The notes below the pieces were generated by a model. The model was not told the DNA's origin, did no database searches, and saw only the letters and a list, made by a program, of their open reading frames with translations. The position numbers and the translations under genes were made by a program. From Botryllus schlosseri (Eukaryota), in assembly GCA_051294905.1 (NCBI GenBank), contig CM119372.1, forward strand, positions 38,690,001 to 38,754,000: a DNA stretch of 64,000 nt. The letters are read 5' to 3'. This document shows positions 58,201 through 64,000 of this stretch, one piece after another (position 1 is the stretch's first letter; each line of letters begins with the position of its first letter).

Positions 58201-61200
58201 ATGCAATACATTACCCATTTACAAATTGATATGATACAATTCGAGCCTATGCGCCAATGGTTGATGCCAATATAAACTATATTCGAATTCAATTTCAATA
58301 AAACAAGAGGTTTGGTTAAGGTATGAACAGAAAACAGAAATATTCATTTTGCTATTACATTACTTTACTATACTAGTTTAAGACATCGTAAGCTATAAGC
58401 TTCAATCACTTCGTTTGCGTACAATTTATTTGTGAAAGAACAATGGAGGCACAGTGAAACGCACGATCATTGAACGATTATAGTCGCTCTCACGGGTTAC
58501 CGACCATATGCAAGGTACAGTGATTTTTATCGACACCGATTCCTTGATGACTTGAAATTGGCTCGTGAATTTTGCTCCGAGTCACGAGTCAATCCATGAT
58601 TTTGATACGCCGAGTCAAGTCGAGTCAAGTCATTTTAGCAAAGTGACTCGAGTCAAGTCAAGTCATACGAAAAAGGTGACTCGAGTCTGACTCGAGTCAA
58701 GTCATGACTCGAGTCATCCCAACACTGATTTTGAGTAGATTGAAAACTGCCTATAATATCCAGCACATTTGTAACAAATTTTGAGATCTTTTGAATCGAA
58801 CGCTTCGATTGAATAATCCGTCGCGAATGCAAATGTTGAGCATATTCATAGGCCACATTATAACCGCCCGACTAGGTGTGGTGTTGTGGTTTCACTATAT
58901 AGTTCTAGTTACCACTTGGAACTCAAGTCGGTCACGTTGACACCCAATTCGAGAAGACAAAAAGTGCACATTGAGTTCAGAGTTTTATGGGGAAATGCAG
59001 CAAAAAGTAGTTATTCACAGAAGCGAAAACACCAGTCCGGAACCGTTATACGCAGTTTTCTTGAAGAATATATTAGTTACACAAAATTGTCATTTAAATA
59101 TCAGTGGCCGCACTGCTTTGTCACTTCAAACTCAAAAGGTCCCGGAATCCAGAGAAACCCGAATCGCGATTTGACCCAAATTGCAACGTGAGCATTTACA
59201 TTTGAATCTCTTCTATTACTCACAATGGACACACATGGCTGACTCCTGATTATGGCTTAGCAGGTAGTCGATTTCACCAGCCCAGTAACAATGTAGCATT
59301 GTTCTAAGGGCGGAGATAATAAAGTTGGATTAGCACTATAGTCGATTATCGCGTTCGTCAGGATTTATCAACCCAGGATTAAGGAAACTGGAGGACCGCA
59401 GCGCATAAAGTTAGTGTTGATCTCATGATATACCAAACCGAAACAAACTACGGATAGCTAGTTATCTATAAAAACTGCGTACAATTCCTGCGCACAAATA
59501 TTTCGATAATGACCGTACCGACTGTGTGCTAGGTCAGTGGTTCTCAACCTTTTTCGCCTCGCGGACCAGTACAATTTCAAAAAATGTCTGGCGGACAGGT
59601 GAACTGTCAAAATTGAAATGAAGCGAAAATGTAAAGTATGCAACCGTTTTTGGCAATTATATGATGCTAGAGAGTGACATTTAGAGGGTTTTGATCGTAT
59701 TTTATAATATTCATGATGGCATCCATGTGATTTTATGGTAGTGAGTCTGCCAAGTCGAGGTAAAATTGCCTTGTCCAGATAAACGTGCTACCGCTGATAG
59801 TCGTTTACAGTCTTTCGCGCCAAAGGCCGTGGGTTTAAACGACCACGCCAACTCAATAACGACCGCCAATATCAAGAGAAGAAGCGTATCGGAGTCGAAC
59901 CAAGCACATTGTCGTGCGACCTTGCTCATTGCCCACTGCCACCAGACGCAGGCTACTCCGGCAACTGCGAATGCAGTGCGTGCCGCAAGAAAACACATTA
60001 TAACAGCTATACCGGCCATCCGCAAATCCGGGCCGAAAAAGCACTGCGTTAGCCCACTCCCAAAAACGTTGATATTGGGACCACAGGGCGATAAGCCAAA
60101 CTTCCGCGGGCTTCGCCCCAAGACCCTACACTTGGGTGGATGTTTTCACCTGTACTTGTGATCACATCCATTCTACTCAGCGTAAGCAGAGAGTTTACGT
60201 ATCTTATCGCGACAATGGTGACAATTTTCGATCATTCACGACTGAAGGGCTTTTCTCGCGGTCGAATTTTAGGCCCAAATTTCGGAGTCCCATATGTTAA
60301 CCTAAACTTCATTATGTGTGGATACGTCGTGGTGCGGCAATGGCTGACGCCGAAATGCCTATAAATCATGCGTATTTCTCGGAGAAGGGCACCTAATAAG
60401 CAAGACATTTAGGGACACTAAATCCTGCAAAGCCCGAAAAGAAATTGAAAAATGTTGGAAAAAGTTTCAAATAAAACGCTATGATTTATATTCATTTGCG
60501 AAATCATTTTGGGCCCTTTTCAAGCTCAGCCCCTCTCCAATTGGGCGGTTTGGGGTGCCCCAGTTACGGTCCTGCACAAAATAAATGAATCGAAAACCAA
60601 TGATCAAACTGCGCTGCTTAGCGATGAGTGAACTCGTATCTGTTCTGTATTTGTCGCTCGCATGTCGTCAAATGAAACGTCTTGTACTTTAAGTCAAATC
60701 GAACATGTTTCTATAGCCCTAATGCTACCTCACGAAGTTTTGAATCAGTTTTAAATTAGATGTTTTATTTATTTTATCAAAGGACAAGCCTTCAACATTG
60801 CATCTTGAAATTAAAGTATAAAATTGTAATATTCCTCGCGGACCGGCAGGAATGTCGTCGCGGACCGGCACCGGTCCGCGGACCGGCGGTTGAGAACCAC
60901 TGTGCTAGGTAATGTCTTCACTAAAAAATCAACGAATTATGTACCCGTCATTGCAGAGCAATATCAATATTCTATAATCCACTTCTTAGCTGCACCGTAC
61001 AAATTGGACACGACTGTCATTTCGCGACGATGATGATAATTCTACTTATTATTGTGGCAGTATCGTTATCATTACGCTGCTGTTCCAGTCAACAAATTGA
61101 CAACTGGCAGCCTGTAAGGCTTTTTCGCATTATGATGCAGCAGATAACGCAACTTGATTGATAACTCGGGACACCTCGACTATAACCATCGCGCGTAACC

Positions 61201-63516
61201 TTTTCCCGCTTTATGCGTCGCGATTAGCAGTATTTATTCATACGATTTTCATTCTTCCGGATCAGCTAACTTTATTATCTCCGCCTAAAATGCGTCCCAA
61301 TGAGCAGTTTTTAATCACATGATTAGCATGCTCCCGGATTAGCTAACTTTGTTATCTTCGCCCTAAGAGTCATTTCGAATGTATAGTGTTCGTGAAAAAT
61401 ATCATGTGGAATCATTAGGGCAAGTTTTTGCAACTATTGCCACTTTTTTTACATCTTCCGGCAGCTTCCTTATAACTCAGAAGTTATGTGGCATGGTGTT
61501 TTAATCTTTTTGGAGAAATCTTATATTGCAACTTTTCTCCGTTTTTCGATTTGTCATGAAACGTTTTGCTACTTTTTTGATTTTTCATGCAACATTTTGC
61601 AAGTTTTATCGATTTTTCAGCGATTAACTTTTTACCGGAAATATTTGACACTATCTAAATCCGAGGTCTCAAACTCAAATGTGCTCGGGGGCCAATTTCC
61701 TACTTTTTGATGGCGCCGCGGGCCGCAGCACAAATGAATAGGGGAATTCAATGTACTTCCAAGTAAGCCTCATTTTACGGGACCTTGCAGACTGACATTC
61801 CACACGCATCGTAAAATTTGGATTTACGATTGTGAATTCACGCCTGGCACGAAAAAAATAACATTTTTAGATGTTTGAATAAGGTTGTTGCTGTACTTGG
61901 CATGGTTTGTCAAAATAATTTGCTGTAGAAACCATGCGAGAGCATAAATGCATCAGGACATCGCAACAGCCGTCGCGTTATAATTTTGCAACTGGCGGAA
62001 TTTGACGTGCCGCAATTATAGGTAAAATTTTAGAATCTTACAAAGATTGATCTGATATCAGAGCATCGGAGCAGTACAGCCTAATCCTGGTATCGGATAT
62101 ACTCCTGATAACTATAGGCTATTGATCATGTCATTACCAAAGTCAAATTAAATCAGCGTTAGATATACCTTCAAATATTTGAACAGATCAATAACAACTT
62201 GAATATATTGATTACATTGCCATAGCAATAGAATTGTCCAATCACCGAAGAATCCATTTGTCTTACAGCTGTGAAGCGTAGGCTACGACTGCTTTGTACT
62301 CGCCACATTTAATTTGCGATATTAACATGGATAAAGATACGAAAGGTGACACAGGATGTAACCAACTATGCATCAGCAGTTCAACATCATGCCAATGGCT
62401 GCCATATCGACCTGCTTAGACATAAATAAGCTACGAAACGCAAGTTACCACCTTTTGATATTTTACTATTTTCCATACCAGCTTGATAGTTTGTTGCGTC
62501 TGTGGTTGTAGCAAGTCACGGCGTTCCGCGTCACAAAAGTCCTTCTCTGATAGTATCTTTAGACGCGACTCAACTCGAGTCATCTATGTTTCATCAGCCA
62601 TTGAGTCCGAGTTCGAGTACTTCTACAAAAGGTCGTGCCCAAGTCTCAATCACAATTTTCGGTATGAATTATCAACGGGTCATGTTTAATCATCATAAAC
62701 AAGTAATGTCACGTAATAGGTAATCTGCCACTGCGTCGCAACTTTTGAAAGTGATAATGTATTAGTGAAGTTTGATGAGTGTTTTCCGGCTTCTGGGGTG
62801 GTTCCAGAGCGAATTTTAAGTTCTCAAATGAAAAAAATAGTAGTTAGATATTGTCGAATACTTCGAAATCCAAAATGTCATCGCGGGCCGCGTGTTTGAG
62901 ACCTCTGATCTAAATAGATCGCTTCGGTATTTCACTGTCGTTTAAATTTGAGGTCGTTTCTGATTTGACGTACTTTTAGGCTAGCCCGTCAAAAGTTATA
63001 TTTTCACAGGGTCAACTTTTTCATGATATTAATTTTGTTGATGTCGCCAACACTGAGTTTTGCTACGATACCTTGGATACCTTGGATTTCAAGAACTTGT
63101 CAATAAATGAAACCATTTAGTGCAACTTTTGTGAAAAAGAAGTGCAACGTTCCACGGATTTGACTGCAACAAAAACTTGCCCTAATCTTTGCACAAACTC
63201 GTTTCTATTATTGGGACACCATAGGCACTGGCAAGACCGCTAAATACTTCAAGGACTCCGGATACGTCGGTCAGACGGATGGAATCGATGTGAATGCCGA
63301 AATGCTTGACATAGCAATAAGAACAGGACTATACAGGTTATCTGCATTGAAGTTTTTTTCATTCGTCTTTATTCCTATACGTTCATTCTTTTCAGAAAAA
63401 CGTATTCCCAGGAAATAGTGGATCACAGTCCGCTACCCGTACCGGATAATACGTATGACGTTGCCGCTGTAGTCGGAGCGTTTCTGGAAAATCATTTACG
63501 TACAGGATGTATCCCG
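52137..63516 (+). CDS. METTL27: Class I SAM-dependent methyltransferase, METTL27/WBSCR27-like (5' four coding exons; 3' end not found in window)
   Basis: join(52137-52214,57149-57284,63225-63336,63396-63516): MSEEEEMGWRCVNDLVYQSNAKDRNA/AYTRLASVYDIHMENVGAVANENLVKVAFEFVKNDESSLMLDVAA/GTGKTAKYFKDSGYVGQTDGIDVNAEMLDIAIRTGLY/RKTYSQEIVDHSPLPVPDNTYDVAAVVGAFLENHLRTGCIP. Motif I LDVAAGTG, GID..xEML, GLY and PLP..D.YD...VGA follow the METTL27 pattern. It may be a lineage-specific paralogue. Confidence 0.85.
52639..53093. mobile_element. TAGG(C/G)TTACC-family MITE inserted into the terminus of the next element
   Basis: TAGGCTTACCATA...TATGGTAAGCCTA, perfect TSD TTACTAGG. Confidence 0.9.
53098..53671. mobile_element. 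TAGGGCAAG-ended MITE (reverse copy of the 35454-36147 family)
   Basis: TAGGGCAAGTTTTT...AAAAACTTGCCATA; interior homologous to 35454-36147 and 61416-63184. Confidence 0.82.
54108..55380. mobile_element. Degenerate hAT-like element with AAGTA(G) arrays
   Basis: GAGGTGGTCA ... TGACCACGTCTG ends; dense AAGTAG/TACT repeats at 54120-54270 and 55240-55370; TSD decayed. Confidence 0.6.
57149..57284 (+). CDS. METTL27-like exon 2
   Basis: gtacag| AYTRLASVYD...LMLDVAA-G |gtgagt; phase 0/1. Confidence 0.9.
57671..58727. mobile_element. hAT-type MITE with GAGTCA/AGTCA arrays, inserted in a CAGGGG element starting at 57629
   Basis: CAGTGTTGGGAT...ATCCCAACACTG; flanks ATTTTGAC(TG)/ATTTTGAG. The host sequence rejoins to match the 19247 copy. 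Confidence 0.85.
57868..58109 (+). repeat. Direct tandem duplication, period 122 bp
   Basis: GATTACGTCATTGGATTT...GAAGGCGCTGTATCGT starts at 57875 and again at 57997 with only a few mismatches. Confidence 0.92.
59308..61363. mobile_element. PIF/Harbinger (Tourist-like) MITE hosting a hAT element
   Basis: GGGCGGAGATAATAAAGTT ... AACTTTGTTATCTTCGCCC with TAA on both flanks. Confidence 0.75.
59535..60902. mobile_element. Non-autonomous hAT element (sister of 3087-4967)
   Basis: CAGTGGTTCTCAACC...GGTTGAGAACCACTG, perfect TSD TGCTAGGT. Confidence 0.92.
61416..63184. mobile_element. TAGGGCAAG-ended MITE split by a hAT insertion; ends 40 nt before the METTL27-like exon 3
   Basis: TAGGGCAAGTTTTTG...CAAAAACTTGCCCTA; the two halves rejoin to match 53098-53671. 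Confidence 0.85.
61661..62907. mobile_element. hAT element nested in 61416-63184
   Basis: CCGAGGTCTCAAAC...GTTTGAGACCTCTG, perfect TSD ATCTAAAT, subterminal GCGGGCCG. Confidence 0.88.
63225..63336 (+). CDS. METTL27-like exon 3
   Basis: ccatag| TGKTAKYFKDSGYVGQTDGIDVNAEMLDIAIRTGLY-R |gttatc; phase 1/2. Confidence 0.9.
63396..63516 (+). CDS. METTL27-like exon 4
   Basis: cttttcag| KTYSQEIVDHSPLPVPDNTYDVAAVVGAFLENHLRTGCIP |gtgagc; 59-nt upstream intron; phase 2/0. Confidence 0.9.
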
Positions 63517-64000
63517 GTGAGCGATAATTTACTAATTATGCTGAGCTGATCATGGATGTGTAGATGGAAGATATTTGTGATCTCCTATATCGGTGGTTCA
63601 CAACAGGTTCTTAAGGTGAACAAATAATCCAGTTCAGTAAAATATTGCGACCCTAACCCTCGTAATAGGCTACTTTACTAAACAAATTGTTACTATAATT
63701 TGACACAAAAATCACTTTGGGCAATAAGCAACGTTTCTCCCCAAGTACATTTATTGTTATTTTGTCGCTCCGGATACAATATGCCTGAGAACAATCGACC
63801 CCTAAAAATAATCAGGTCACGCATGCGTTACGAACCACTGTACTATATCATCTGAACCAATGATTTTCAATAGGCATGCTATAAGTGATCTCCAGGTGTT
63901 CTGAGACAAATTTATAAACTAGCGATGGACTTCGACTCGTGTCTGCGGGAGTCGGGACGACATAGATTATTGGTAAATGGGCGTGAGCCGTTTTCGATTA

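Noticed and set aside
59711..60161. 131-aa and 136-aa overlapping ORFs as host genes
   Set aside because: They lie within a TSD-bounded hAT element whose sister copy does not preserve these frames; no recognisable domain.
62480..62690. Second hAT transposase C-terminal remnant inside 61661-62907
   Set aside because: Only faint resemblance (KSRRS.., K..C.QVS) requiring several frameshifts; not supportable without BLASTX.
63860..64000. Next METTL27-like exon at the acceptors near 63873 or 63895
   Set aside because: Both give stops within five codons in the required phase 0, and no KPGG-like motif is seen; the exon probably lies beyond the window.

Overview
AT-rich eukaryotic (animal) genomic DNA with no obvious CpG depletion. 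Very short introns sit alongside long repeat-filled ones; a marine invertebrate such as an ascidian is plausible, but that is inference only. Three protein-coding genes can be read. (1) The 5' part of a UBXN10-like gene on the minus strand (ATG at 337, running off the left edge). (2) A complete 12-exon SLC1A/EAAT-type glutamate transporter on the plus strand (7705-34881, 527 aa, all introns GT-AG and phase-consistent). (3) The first four coding exons of a METTL27/WBSCR27-like SAM methyltransferase on the plus strand (52137-63516, continuing beyond the window). Much of the remaining sequence is non-autonomous DNA transposons (hAT with 8-bp TSDs, CACTA, PIF/Harbinger, MULE/Foldback-like, P-like), tRNA-derived SINEs and LINE 3' ends. 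These form nested stacks up to five levels deep that can be resolved from target-site duplications (TSDs). Other points of note: a ~1.5-kb foldback inside the transporter pre-mRNA, a composite MITE that appears to have transposed as a unit, family-specific subterminal short-motif arrays, and a TE-borne CRE/E-box/CRE palindrome. Most entries in the supplied ORF track are spurious. Coordinates were counted by eye, and family assignments come from recalled motifs, not database searches.
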